Positions 11,034 to 24,050 are shown, numbered from the stretch's first letter. The stretch is DNA of 64,000 nt from Pristiophorus japonicus (GCF_044704955.1 NC_091980.1:150970001-151034000), one strand, 5' to 3'. Translations and numbers: made by a program. The notes: generated by a model not told the origin, from the sequence alone.

Positions 11034-13361
11034 GTTACCAAAATAGTTGAGGAGTCCCAGGAACGAACGCAGCTCCATCACATTCTGTGGTCTGGGTGCA
11101 TTCTTGCTGGCCTCTGACTTTGAGTCCGTGGGTCTGATGCCATCTACCGCAATCTTTCTCCCCAAAATTTGACCTCTGGCACCAGGAAAACACATGTGGA
11201 GCATTTCAGCCTGAGTCCCACTTTGTCTAATCGACTTAGAACCTCTTCCAGGTTGTACAGGTGTTTGGTGGTGTCACGACCGGTGATCAGGATGTCGTCT
11301 TGAAACACAACGGTGCGGGGAACTGATTTCAGCAGACTCTCCATGTTCCTCTGGAAGATAGCAGCAGTCGAGCGAATCCCAAAAGGGCACCTGTGGTATA
11401 TAAACAGTCCTTTGTGCGTGTTGATGCACGTCAATCTTTTTGAAGATTCAGCCAGCTCCTGTGTCATGTAGGCGGAGGTTAGGTCCAACTTGGTGAATGA
11501 CTTTCCCCCTGCTAACGTTGCGAACAGGTCATCTGCCTTGGGTAGTGGGTACTGGTCCTGCAGTGAGACTCGGTTGATCATTACCTTGTAGTCTCTGCAG
11601 ATTCTGACCGTGCCATCGTTTTTCAACACCGGAACAATTGGACTGGCCCACTCGTTTGAACTCGACTGGTGATATGATTCCCTCTCGTTGAAGCCTGTCC
11701 AGTTCGATCTTGACTTTCTCCCTCATCACATATGGAACCTCTCGAGCCTTGTGATGAACAGGCCTTGCATCGGGGACTAGATGGATCTGCACCTTGGCAC
11801 CTGTGAAGTTGCCGATGCCTGGTTCAAATAGCGATGGAAACTTGCTCAGCACTTGGGCGCACGAGGCATCATCCACTGAAGATAGTGTTTTGATGTCGTT
11901 CCAGTTCCATCGAATCTTTCCCAGCCAGCTTCTGCCGAATAGCGTTGGACCATCGCCTGGTATAATCCACAGTGATAAATCATGCACAGCTCCATTGTAT
12001 GATACCTTAACTGTCGCACTGCCAATTACTGGTATGAGCTCTTTGGTGTAGGTGCACAGCTTTGTCTGAATCGGACTCAGTTTGGGTCTTTGTGCCTTGT
12101 TGCCCCACAGTTTCTTAAAAGCCTTCTGGCATATAATTGATTGACTCGCCCCAGTGCCAAATCCATTGATACCGGAATACCATTCAATTTGACTTTCAGC
12201 ATAATAGGAGGGCTCTTGGTGGTGAAGGTGTGTACCCCATACACTTCTTCCTCGGGTTGAGTTGCCCCTCTTGTTTGTTCTGCATGATCCATGCCGGATC
12301 GATCATCCTCTGCCGACTCTGCCACGTGGTGAGTCACAGCACTCTTGCACATTCGCTGGAGGTGCCCCATTGTTTCGCAGCCTTTGCACACGTAGTGCTT
12401 GAATCGACATTGATGGGCTCGATGATTACCCCAGCAGCGCCAACATGGTGCTAATGGATTTGCATTCACACCCGATGGCGGACTCTGCGTCATCCTAGGC
12501 CTTGCAGCTGCAGACGTGTAGGCCCTGCCATATGCAGTTCTGTCTGCTAGCGATGTTATTTTATGCACAGTACTTGCCGGTGAGCTCGGAAGATATCTGT
12601 CTGATATTATCGCTCATGGATATGAATGCCTGGGCTATCGTGATGGCTTTGCTCAGGTCTAGGGATTCGGTGGACAGCAGCTTGCGAAGAATGACCTCGT
12701 GGCCAATGCCAAGCACAAAAAAGTCCCTCAGCATTTTCCCCAAAAATTGTCCAGCAAATTTGCAAGTTCCGGCAAAGCGTCTCAGGTCGGTGACCTAACT
12801 CGCCACGTCCTGGCCCTCGGAGCGGCGGTGCGTGTAGAAGCGTTACCTGACCATTAAGACACTCTCCTTCAACTTGAGGTGTTCCCGAACCAGCGTACAC
12901 AACTGGCTTCTCCAGCAGATCTGAGTGCTAGCAGATTCTTGATGAGGCCATATATTGTGGACCCACACACGGTGAGGAGAATCACCCTGCGCTTGATCGC
13001 TGTGCCGTCCCCATCCAGCTCGTTGGCCACGAAGTACTGGTCGAGACGCTCAACGAAGGCTTCCCAATCATCACCCTCTCCAAATCTCTCTAAAATACCA
13101 ACGGCAGCCATGACCACGTGAAAGTTCATAATCTGTTACTCGTCGCTAATTGTTAAGTATGGAAGAACTCCACAAGACTGAGTACTGTGAGCTAAAACTG
13201 ATGTGACCTTAGTCTCTTTAATACAACTCCAGAGTGCCTAAGCAGCCTGGCAGACAACCTTTTATACTCCCTTGCATGAGGTGTGCAGGTGACCCTTGGG
13301 CCTCCAACAGTTGCGCTCTCTGGTGGCAAGTCTTATAGTTACAATGTTTACATACATAACA
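11034..13361 (-). mobile_element. LTR element C: 5'LTR-PBS-gag-PR-RT of an autonomous-type Mag-like Gypsy, decayed and interrupted at 11034
   Basis: LTR TGTTA..TAACA at 13151-13361; PBS TAGCGACGAG; gag EGDDWEAFVERLDQYF; two knuckles CWRCWGNH..C and [10 protein letters not shown]; RT motifs RICRDYK, KLDLTSAY, PFG, VFQDDIL; ends at ELRSFLGLLNYFGN. Confidence 0.93.
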
Positions 13362-14837
13362 CTCTCTGTCCCTCTCTCTCTCTCTCTGTCTCTCTGTCCC
13401 CCTCTCTCTCTCTCTCTGTCTGTCTCTCTCTCTCTGTCCCTCTGCCCCTTCTCTCTCTCTCTCTGTACCCCTCCCCCTCTCTCTCTTTCTTTCTGTCCCT
13501 CTCTCTCTCTCTCTCTCTATTCAGAAGAATGAGAGGTGATCTTATTGAAACATAAGATGATGAGGGGGACCGACAAGGTTGATGCAGAGAGGATATTTCC
13601 ACTTATAGGGGAAACTAGAACTAGGGGGCATAGTCTCAGAATAAGGGGCTGCCCAGTTAAAACTGAGATGAGGAGGAATTTCTTCTCTTAGAGGGTTGTG
13701 GATCTGTGGAATTCTCTGCCCCAGAGAGCTGTGGAGGCAGATTTTTGAGCGATAAGAGAATAAAGAGGGTTATGGGGAGCGGGCAGGGAAGTGGAGCTGG
13801 GTCCATGATCGGATCATCCATGATCTTATTGAATGGCAGAGCAGGCTCGAGGGGCCAAATAGCCGACTTCTGCTCATATTTCTTATGTCTCTCTCTGTCC
13901 GTCTCCCTCTCTCTGTTTCTCTCACTCTGTGTCTCTCTCTCTGCCTCTCTCTGTCTCCCTCTGTCCCTCTCTCTCTGTCACTCTCTCTCCCCGTCCCTCA
14001 GTCTCTCTCTATTCCTCAGTCTCTCATTGTTTCTTTCTCTCTCTCTTTCTCTCTCTGTCCCCCCTCTCACTCTTTGTCTCTCTCTCTGTCCCCATCTCTT
14101 TTTGTCTCTCTCTCTGCTCTCTCTCTCTCTCTCTGTCTTTCTCTGACTCTGTCGCTCTCTCTCTNNNNNNNNNNNNNNNNNNNNNNNNNNNNNNNNNNNN
14201 NNNNNNNNNNNNNNNNNNNNNNNNNNNNNNNNNNNNNNNNNNNNNNNNNNNNNNNNNNNNNNNNNNNNNNNNNNNNNNNNNNNNNNNNNNNNNNNNNNNN
14301 NNNNNNNNNNNNNNNNNNNNNNNNNNNNNNNNNNNNNNNNNNNNNNNNNNNNNNNNNNNNNNNNNNNNNNNNNNNNNNNNNNNNNNNNNNNNNNNNNNNN
14401 NNNNNNNNNNNNNNNNNNNNNNNNNNNNNNNNNNNNNNNNNNNNNNNNNNNNNNNNNCCTCTTGTCTCACCTTCTCCCTTTCTCTGTCTCTCTCTCTCTC
14501 CCTGTCCCTCTCTCTCTCTTTCTCTCTGTCTCTCTCTGTCCCTCTCGCTCTCCCTGTCCCTCTCTCTCTCTCTGACCTTCTCTCTCTCTCTCTGTTTCTC
14601 TCTGTCTCCCTCTCTCTCTCTCTGACACTCTCTCCCTCTCTTTTGCTGTCCCTCTCTCTCTCTATCCTTCTATTGTCTCCGTCTGTCTCTCTCTGCCCCT
14701 TTCTTCTCTTATGATCATATTGAATGGTGGTGCAGACTCGAAGGGCCGAATGGCCTGCTCCTGCATCTATTTTCTATGTGTCTATGTTTCTATGTTTCTC
14801 TTCTGTCTCTCTCTCTCTTTCTGTCCTCTCTCTCTTT
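13362..14837. repeat. (CT)n-rich low-complexity tract containing CR1 3' fragments (13519-13887, 14709-14797) and an assembly gap
   Basis: CT/CTGT repeats; FRRMRGDLIET CR1 ORF2 C-terminus; CR1 tails. Confidence 0.9.
14165..14457. other. Assembly gap (293 N)
   Basis: Run of N. Confidence 1.
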
Positions 14838-15012
14838 GTGGGCTAGAATTTACACTTTGCTGGCTATTGCCCCAAAAATGAGCGATGTTCCAGCCTTAGC
14901 GGTGTGTCAGCCTTACTGGTCGCTGGAACATCGGCCATTTATTGGATCGAGATTTTCGGCTCAGTGATAGCCCAGCGAGGTGAAGTGGGCCCTGCGATAC
15001 ACCAGCGATGTG

Positions 15013-18000
15013 AAACATAGAAACATAGAAAATAGGTACAGGAGTAGGCCATTCGGCCCTTCGAGCCTGCACCACCATTCAAAATGATCATGGCTGATCA
15101 TGCACTTCAGTAGCCCATTCCTGCTTTCTCTCCATACCCCTTGATCCCTTTAGCCGTAAGGGCCACATCTAACTCCCTTTTGAATATATCTAACGAACTG
15201 TCCTGAACAACTTTCTGAGGTAGAGAATTCCACATGCTCACAACTCTCTGAGTGAAGAAGTTTCTCCTCATCTCGGTCTTAAATGGCTTACCCATTATCC
15301 TTAGACTGTGACCCCTGGTTCTGGACTTCCCCAACATTGGGAACATTCTTCCTGCATCTAACCTGTCCAGTCCCGTCAGAATTTTATATGTTTCTATGAG
15401 ATCCCCTCTCATTCTTCTAAATTCCAGTGAATACAAGCCTGGTCGACCCTTCCTTTCTTCCTATGTCAGTCCTGCCATCCCGGGAATCAGTCTGGTGAAC
15501 CTTCGCTGCACTCCCTCAATAGCAAGAATGTCCTTCCTCTGATTAGGAGACCAAAACTGATCACAATATTCCAGGTGTGGCCTCACCAAGGCCCTGTACA
15601 ACTGCAGTAAGACCTCCCTGCTCCTATACTCAAATCCCCTAGCTATGAAGGCCAACATGCCATTTGTTTCCTTCACCGCCTGCTGTACCTGCATGCCAAC
15701 TTTCAATGACTCATGTACCATGACACCCAGGTCTCGTTGCACCTCCCCTTTTAATAATCTTCACCATTCAGATAATAATCTGCCTTCCTGTTTTACCACC
15801 AAAGTGGATAACCTCACATTTATCTACATTATACCGCATCTGCCATGTATTTTCCCACTCACCTAACCTGTCCAAGTCACCCTGCAGCCTTTTAGCGTCC
15901 TCCTCACAGCTCACACCACCACCCAGTTTAGTGTCATCTGCAAACTTGGAGATATTACATTCAATTCCTTCGTCTAAATTATTAATGTATATTGTAAACA
16001 GCTGGGGTCCCAGCACTAAATCTAGTGGTACCCCACTAGTCACTGCCTGCTATTCTGAAAAGGACCCGTTTATTCATACTCTTTGCTTCCTATCTGCCAA
16101 CCAGTTCTCTATCTACGTCAGTACATTACCACCAATACAAAGTGCTTTAATTTTGCACACTAATTTCTTGAGTAGAACCTTGTCAAAAGCCTTTTGAAAG
16201 TCCAAATACACCACATCCACTGGCTCCCCTTTTCCACTCTACTAGAAAGTGGACTCCTGTGCTGAATTCTAAATTTCTCCCAGTCCTCAGTTTTGCTGCT
16301 TTTTTGGGCCAATTTATATGCCTCTTCCTTGGATTTAACACTATCCCTAATTTCCCTTGTTAGCCACAGTTGAGCCACCTTCCCTGTTTTATTTTTATGC
16401 CAGACAGGGATGAACAATTGTTGAAGTTCATGCATATGATTTTTAAATGTTTGCCATTGCCTATCCACCATCAACAATTTAAGTATCATTCACCAGTCTA
16501 TCCTAGCCAAATCACGTCTCATACCGTCGAAGTTACCGTTTTTAAGTTCAGGACCCTAGTCTCTAAATTAACTGTGTCACTCTCCATTTTAATGAATAAT
16601 TCTACCATATTATGGTCACTCTTCCCCAAGGGGCCTTGCACAACAAGATTGCTAATTAGTCCTTTCTCATTTCACATCACCCAGTCTAGGATGGCCAGCT
16701 CTCTAGTTGGTTCCTCGACATATTGGTCTAGAAAACCATCCTTTATACACTCCAGGAAATCCTCCTCCAACGTATTGCTACCAGTTTGGTTAGCCCAATC
16801 AATATGTAGATTAAAGTCACCCATGATAACTGCTGTACCTTTATTGCACACATCCCTAATTTCCTGTTTAATGCCAACTCCAACTTCACTACCACTGTTT
16901 GGTGGTCTGTACACAACTCCCACTAGCGTTTCCGGCCCTTTGGTATTCCGCAGCTCCACCCATACCGATTCCACATCATCCAAGCTAATGTCCTTCCTTA
17001 CTACTGCATTAATTTCCTCTTTAACCAGCAATGCTACCCCACCTCCTTTTCCTTTCAGTCTATCTTTCCTGAATGTTGAATACTCCTGGATGTTGAGTTC
17101 CCAGCCTTGGTCACCCTGGAGCCATGCCACCGTCACTGCAATTACATCATATCCATTAACAGCTATCTGTGCAGTTAATTCATTCACCTTATTACGAATG
17201 CTCCTCGCATTGAGACACAGAGCCTTCAGGCTTGTTTTTTTAACACACTTTGTCCTTTAGAATTATGCTGTAATGTGGCCCTTTTTGATTTTTGCCTTTG
17301 ATTTTTCTGCCCTCCACTTTTTCTTTTCTTCTTTCTATCTTTTGCTTCTGACCCCATTTTACTTCCCTCTGTCTCCCTGCATAGGTTCCCATCCCCCTGC
17401 CTTATTAGTTTCAACCCTCCCCAACAGCACTAGCAAACATTCCCCTAGGACATCGGTTCCGGGCCTGCCCAGGTGCAGACCGTCCGGTTTGTACTGGTCC
17501 CACCTCCCCCAGAACCGGTTCCAATGTCCCAGGAATATGAATCCCTCCCTCTTGCACCATTCCTCAAGCCACGTATTTATTGTGTTCCTAACACAGATGA
17601 GGCTGCATACAGGGAGGTTAAAGTAACAGTGAGCTCAGTCTTTAATAAGACACTCCAGAGTGAGGAACAGGCCTTAGGGGCCGGCTTATATACAGTGCTC
17701 CCAAGGAATGCTGGGATCCCTTGGGACTTCAGGGGATGAGCTCCCTGGTGGCAGAACATGGGAGTGCATGCTTTACAGATACACAACATAACTTCCCTCC
17801 CAAAGTTAAAGTGAAAACTATTTACAAGGTGAGGCGGTCGGGAGCCTTTCTTTCCCTGGTGGACCGCTTCGGTACAAATGTCTGTTCTGGTGTGTTGGCT
17901 GTGCCCTCGCTGGGTTGGCGTGTGTTGGCCCTGCAGGGATGCTAGGTGAGCCTGGCCTTGTTGGGCTGTTGGACGTGATGGGTTCGATTTGTAGGTTTTG

Positions 18001-21000
18001 TAGGTACTCGGCGGTGTCCCGACCCGTGACCAATTTGTCATCCTGAAGGACCACCATGTGTGGTACCGACTTGAGTAGGCTCTCCATGTTTCTCTGGAAG
18101 ATCGCTGCAGCCGACTCAATTCCAAACAGGCATCTGTTGTAGATGAACAGTCCCTTGTGCATGTTGATTGAGGTGAGGCCCTTTGAAGACTCCTGCGTCA
18201 TGTAGGCCGAAGTCAGGTCAAGCTTGGTGAATGTCTTGCCTCCTGCCAGCGTCGCAAATAGGTCGTCTGCCTTAGGTAGTGGGTATTGGTCCTATAGTGA
18301 GAAATGATTAATAGTTACTTTATAATCGCCGCAAATCCTGACCGTGCCATCACTTTTGAGTACTGGAACAATCGGGCTGGTCCACTCGCTGAATTCCACT
18401 GGGGAGATGATGCCCTCATGTTGCAACCTGTCCAGCTCGATTTCCACTCTCTCCCTCATCATGTGAGGTACCGCTCGCGCCTTGTGGTGAATGGGTATTG
18501 CCTCTGGGACCAAGTGGATCCGTACTTTCGCCCTGGAAAAGTTTACAATGCCTGGCTCAAAAAGGGAAGGAAATTTGTTAAGAACCTGGGTACATGAGGC
18601 TTCATCGACATGTGATAGCGCTCGGATGTCATCCCAGTTCCAGCAGATTTTGCCCAGCCAGCTCCTTCCAAGCAGTGTGCGGCCATCGCCTGGGACAATC
18701 CAGAGTGGCGGTTTGTGCACCGTGCCCTCGTAGGTGACCTTGACCATGGCACTGCCCAGGACAGTGATAAGCTCTTTGGTGTACGTTCTCAGTTTCGTGT
18801 GGATGGGGCTCAGGGCTGGTCTGAATACCTTGTTGCACCACAGTCTCTCAAACATCTTTTTACTCATGATGGATTGGCTAGCGCCAGTGTCCAGTTCCAT
18901 TGCTACGGGTAAGCCATTCAATTTTATATTTAGCATTATAGGTGGACATTTCGTCAAAAATGTGTGCACCTTGTGTAATGATGTTGTGTATCTGTAAAGC
19001 ATGCACTCCCATGTTCCGCCACCAGGGAGCTCATCCCCTGAAGTCCCAAGGGATCCCAGCATCCCTTGGGAGCACTGTATATAAACCGGCCCCTAAGGCC
19101 TGTTCCTCACTCTGGAGTGTCTTATTAAAGACTGAGGTCACTGTTACTTTAACTTCACTGTGTGCTGCCTCATCTGTGTTAGGAACACAATAACTGGATA
19201 CGAATCCAACGTAAAGATGCAGCAAACTGTGGGCATCCTGGAGAAGTTCTCGGAGGGCGAGGACTGGGAAGCCTATGTCGAACGGCTAGACCAGTACTTT
19301 GTAGCCAACGCGCTGGACGGAGAAGGAAGTACTGCAAAAGGACTCCTCACAACTGTGGGGCACCGACCTACAGCCTCATGAAAAATCTTCTGGCTCCGGT
19401 GAAACCCAGAGATAAGTCATATGAGGAGCAGTGTACACTGGTTCGGGAGCATCTTAACCCGACTGAGAGCATGCTGATGGCGAGGTATTGGTTCTCCACG
19501 TGCCAGCGATCTGAAGGTCAGGAAGTGGCGAGCTACGTCGCCGAGCTAAGGCGACTTGCAGGACAATGTGAGTTTAATGGCTACCTGGAGCAGATGCTCA
19601 GAGACTTTTTTGTACTGGGCATTGGCCACAAGACCATCCTATGAAAACTTTTGACTGTAGAGACACCGACCCTCAGTAAGGCCATTGCGATAGCACAGAC
19701 GTTTATGTCCACCAGTGATCACAGCAAACAAATCTCTCAGCACACAAGTGCTAGCAATGTTCATAAAGCAATGTTCAGAAATGTACAGGGCAGAACCCAC
19801 GGGTATGCAACTGCCAGCAGGCCTCAGGTGACCCAGATGACTCAAAGAGTTCCCAACAAAGGATGAATGCAAGGCAATTCACACCTTGTTGGCGTTGTGG
19901 AGGCTTCCATTCAGCCTATTCATGCCGCTTCAAAGGGTATGTTTGCAAGAGCTGTGGAATAATGGGGCACCTCCAACGAGCTTGCAAATGAACTACAAGC
20001 TCTGCAAAACCTGCTAACCACCACGTGGCAGAGGAAGATCAGTCCATGGTGGATCAAAGCAATTTCGAGCCTTAGAGAGAGGAGGCAGATGCTGAAGTAC
20101 ATGGGAGTGCATGCTTTGCAGATACACAACAGTATTCATCTTAACTATCCGGCTATTTCTACTCTAACTACCACGTGGTACTGGTGGCAATCCTGAGATT
20201 ACCATCTTTGAGGTCCTACTTTTTAATTTAACTCATATCTCCCTAGATTCAGCTTGTAGGACCTCATCCCGCATTTTACCTATATCGTTCGTACCTATAT
20301 GTACCACGACAACTGGCTGTTCACCCTCCCCCTCTAGAATGCCCTGCAGCCACTCCGAGGCATTTTTGACCCTTGCACAAGGGAGGCAACATACCATCCT
20401 GGAGTCTCGATTGCGGCCACAGAAACGCCTATCTATACCCCTTACAATAGAATCCTCGACCACTATAGCTCTCCCACTCTTTTTCCTGCCCTCCTATGCA
20501 GCAGAGCCACCCATGGTGCCATGAACTTGGCTGCTGCTGCCTTCCCCTGATTGGCCATCTCCCCCAATAGTACACAAGGTGGTATATCTGTTTTGGAGGG
20601 AGATGACCGCTTCCTTCCACTGCTCTTCCTGATGGTCACCCATTTCCTATCTGCCTGTGTAACCTTTAGTTGCGGTGTGACCAACTCACTAAACGTGCTA
20701 TTCACGACATCCTCAGCATCGCGGATGCTCAAGAGTGAATCCATGCGCAGCTCTAGTGCCACAATGCGGTCTGTCAGGAGCTGCAGCTGAATACACTTCC
20801 TGCACACATAGTTATCAGGGACACAGGAAGCATCCCTGATTTCCCACATAGCACTGGAGGAGCATGATATGGATCTGGGCTCTCCTGTCATGACTTAACC
20901 CATAAATTACTTAATTTGGCAACAATGCCAAGGTTTCTTACTGCTAAGAAAAAGAAAAAAGAAAAAAGATAAAGAAAAAGGAAACTACTCACCAAGCAAC

Positions 21001-21165
21001 CAGCCATTCACTTACCCTCTTGGCTGTGACGTCACACTTCGATCACTTTTTACTTCTTTCTTACTTTTGACCCTGCTGCAGCTACAGCTAGCTGCTCCTC
21101 ACTGACTGCCGCTGTTCCTTGCTGCCACTGGGCTATTTATAGGCCTTGCTGCTCCTCCCCAACTG
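15013..21165 (-). mobile_element. Near full-length CR1 LINE (ORF1 zinc finger/esterase, ORF2 EN-RT), decayed, internally deleted, interrupted by element D
   Basis: Tail (CATAGAAA)n at 15013; RT KFADDTK and RPHLEYC; EN GGGVALLVK, YRPPNS, MGDFNL; ORF1 esterase DSIVRGIDRRFC and VHIGTNDI; Cys-rich CRKCIQLQLL. Confidence 0.93.
17578..20131. mobile_element. LTR element D: Mag-like Gypsy with internal pol deletion and inverted LTR+gag segment
   Basis: TSD GTATT (17573-17577, 20132-20136). In order: LTR (minus) 17578-17788, PPT, pol C-terminus RSTRERKAPDRLTL, RT and PR (minus) to 18970, LTR (plus) 18982-19192, gag (plus) 19217-20100, 33-bp LTR end (minus) 20099-20131. Confidence 0.9.
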
Positions 21166-21167
21166 CA

Positions 21168-22360
21168 AAGTGGGCCCAGCAGTACCCCAGCGATGTGGTG
21201 GGCCCAGTGATACCCCAGTGATGTGAGCTGGGTCCTGTGAAACCCCAGTGATGTGAAGTGGGCCCAGCGATACCCCAGCGATGTGGTGGGCCCAGTGATA
21301 CTCCAGTGATGTGAGCTGGGTCCTGTGATACCCCAGTGATGTGAAGTGGGCCCAGCGATACCCCAGCGATGTGGTGGGCCCAGTGATACTCCAGTGATGT
21401 GGTGGGCCCAGTGATGTGGTGGGCCCAGTGATACCCCAGCGATGTGGTGGGCCCAGTGATACCCCAGTGATGTGGTGGGCCCAGCGATACCCCAGTGATG
21501 TGAAGTGGGCCCAGCGATACCCCAGTGATGTGAAGTGGGCCCAGCGATACCCCAGTGATGTGGTGGGCCCAGTGATACCCCAGCGATGTGGTGGGCCCAG
21601 TGATACCCCAGTGATGTGGTGGGCCCAGCGATACCCCAGTGATGTGAAGTGGGCCCAGCGATACCCCAGTGATGTGAAGTGGGCCCAGCGATACCCCAGT
21701 GATGTGAGGTGGGCCCAGCGATACCACAGTGATGTGAAGTGGGCCCAGCGATACCCCAGTGATGTGAGGTGGGCCCGGCGATACCCCAGTGATGTGAAGT
21801 GGGCCCAGCGATACCCCAGTGATGTGGTGGGCCCAGCGATACCACAGCGATGTGGTGGGCCCAGCGATACCCCAGTGATGTGGTGGGCCCAGCGATACCC
21901 CAGTGATGTGGTGGGCCCAGCGATACCCCAGCGATGTGGTGGGCCCAGCGATACCCCAGTGATGTGGTGGGCCCAGCGATACCCCAGTGATGTGGTGGGC
22001 CCAGCGATACCCCAGCGATGTGGTGGGCCCAGCGATACCCCAGTGATGTGGTGGGCCCAGCGATACCACAGTGATGTGGTGGGCCCAGCGATACCACAGT
22101 GATGTGGTGGGCCCAGTGATACCCAAGCAATGTGAAGTGGGCCCAGCGATACCCAAGCAATGTGAAGTGGGCCCAGTGATGTGAAGTGGGCCCAGTGATA
22201 CCCCAGCGATGTGAGCTGGGCCCAGTGATACCCCAGCGATGTGAGCTGGGCCCAGCGATACCCCAGCGATGTGAGCTGGGCCCAGCAATACCCCAGTGAT
22301 GTGGTGGGCCCAGCGATACCCCAGCGATGTGGTGGGCCCAGCGATACCCCAGCGATGTGA
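21168..22360. repeat. 28/30-bp minisatellite, ~40 copies
   Basis: Unit GTGGGCCCAGCGATACCCCAGTGATGTG(AA). Confidence 0.96.
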
Positions 22361-22619
22361 AAGGCAAAAGATTCCCTAGCAAAGGCCTTCTGCTCATGCG
22401 ATTTTGTTTCTGGTTGACAGGTTTTCCCGCGTTTCAGGAGGTCAGGGGTCATCCACACATGCGCAGAAGGCAAAGGGAGGGGTGGAGAGAGAGAGGAAAG
22501 AGAGAGAGAGGAGGAAGGCAGAAACGGAGAGGAGAGAGAAGAGAGAAAGAAAAAGAAAGAAAGAGAAAGATAGAATACTTACTGCTTACTTTGTCGGACA
22601 GTGATCAAGATGTGGAGGG

Positions 22620-24050
22620 GGTAGGAAGTGGGCCAAACCCTTTTCTGACGAGGCCAACGAGACCCTCATTGCAGAGGTGCACTCAAGGTGGGGCCAATTA
22701 ACCCGGTGTGCAAAGGAGAAGCCCCACTCCGGGCTTACTGGCGTAGTTGGGGCGAGATAGCCGACGTCATCTCCTCGACGTTGAACGTTGCGAGGGGTGC
22801 AGTCGCGTGCCGGAAGCGCTGGAACATCCTGGTTGCTTTGGCAAGAGTGAGTAGGATTCTTTATTGTAAGGATACGAATTGTATTTAGAAATAATTTTCT
22901 GGATTGAATTTAGGCTTGTTATTCTTACATATATTACATATAGTCCCTGCTATGAACCTGCGCCCTTTTTAAGTCTCTCTGGCTGCTGTCATTTACAGAG
23001 ACCCATCATGGACTGGGGGAAGAGCTGCCCTTGCTCAATCTCTGCCTTGTAGTACGAGAAAGATGTATCAAGCGTTAGCTCTTATGATCTTTTTTTATAA
23101 CCGTGCATCAATTGTGGAGAAAAACCCTCTTAGCATATAACTGTGGAAACACGTTTGCCAAGGAAATGATCTACCAACAGACGCGAGCTCGGGCACACTG
23201 GAGGCGGCTCTGTGCAGCTCCAGGAACTGTCGAGCATTGAGGAATGATCAGCAGCGTTGGTGGGAGCCACGGTCGCTCGACCACCACCCGTGGTGTGGCA
23301 GAGCCCACACAGGCAGTGCCTGAGTGTTTGAAGCAGTGTTACAGTAATGTTCAAGAGGTGTAACGCCATTTAATTATAATTATAATATACAAATATTATA
23401 TCCGAATGATGTCATGTAATGCATGCTGCCTCTGTGCTACATTCAGCTTGACAGCACAAGAATAAATGACATCATAGCAGGAGCAGGCGATCTGTCCGTT
23501 TGTCCCCTTTTCTATTGGTTCCCCATACAGTCCCTTATCATTCTGTCTATATCTGACTTATCCAGCATCCACAGCTCTCTGGGGCAATGAATTCCACATA
23601 GATTCATGAGTAGTACTTCTCCTCATATGTCTGTCAGCGCAGCACAGCACAAGATTAAGGTGTACTCTTCTGTTCCAATTGTGTTTTGCAGGTCGCCCAG
23701 CACCAGCGGCCCAACCTATGGAGATGACCTCAGGTGGAGAGGATGAGGATGAGGATGAGCAAGCACCGGATCATGAGACCACCGAGAAGGAGCAAACGGA
23801 GGAGGGGCAGGAGCACTCAGTGTTGGAAGTTGCAGTAACTGGGAGAACCTGCGGTGCACAGTTCGGTTGCGAGCAAAGAGGTAGCAGGAGCAAGCGGCAT
23901 GCAGTTGGCGACGCCAAGGTGCACACTTTTGCCCTGGCAGAGCCCACGGAGGTGGGGTCAGCGAGTGGAGCATGCGCCTACCCCGGCCCATCGCATCGAG
24001 GGCTCGGCCGCGACTGTGACCATCTCCAGACAGTTGTGGCCTTCACAGAG
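22620..24050 (+). pseudogene. Harbinger Myb/SANT-like DNA-binding gene remnant, three probable exons (22620-22846, ~23160-23310, ~23691-24050)
   Basis: RKWAKPFSDEANETLIAEV, then after a frameshift WGEIADVISS..CRKRWNILVALAR followed by donor GTGAGT. Exon 2 reads NRRELGHTGGG..LSSIEE with TGA stops. Acceptor TTTTGCAG precedes an acidic EDEDEDE exon. Confidence 0.8.

Noticed and set aside
13706-14714. Ser/Leu-rich ORFs
   Set aside because: (CT)n microsatellite read through an N gap.
21168-22360. CRISPR-like array (also considered for the 41-, 44- and 54-bp arrays)
   Set aside because: Head-to-tail tandem units with no unique spacers; no cas genes; eukaryotic context.
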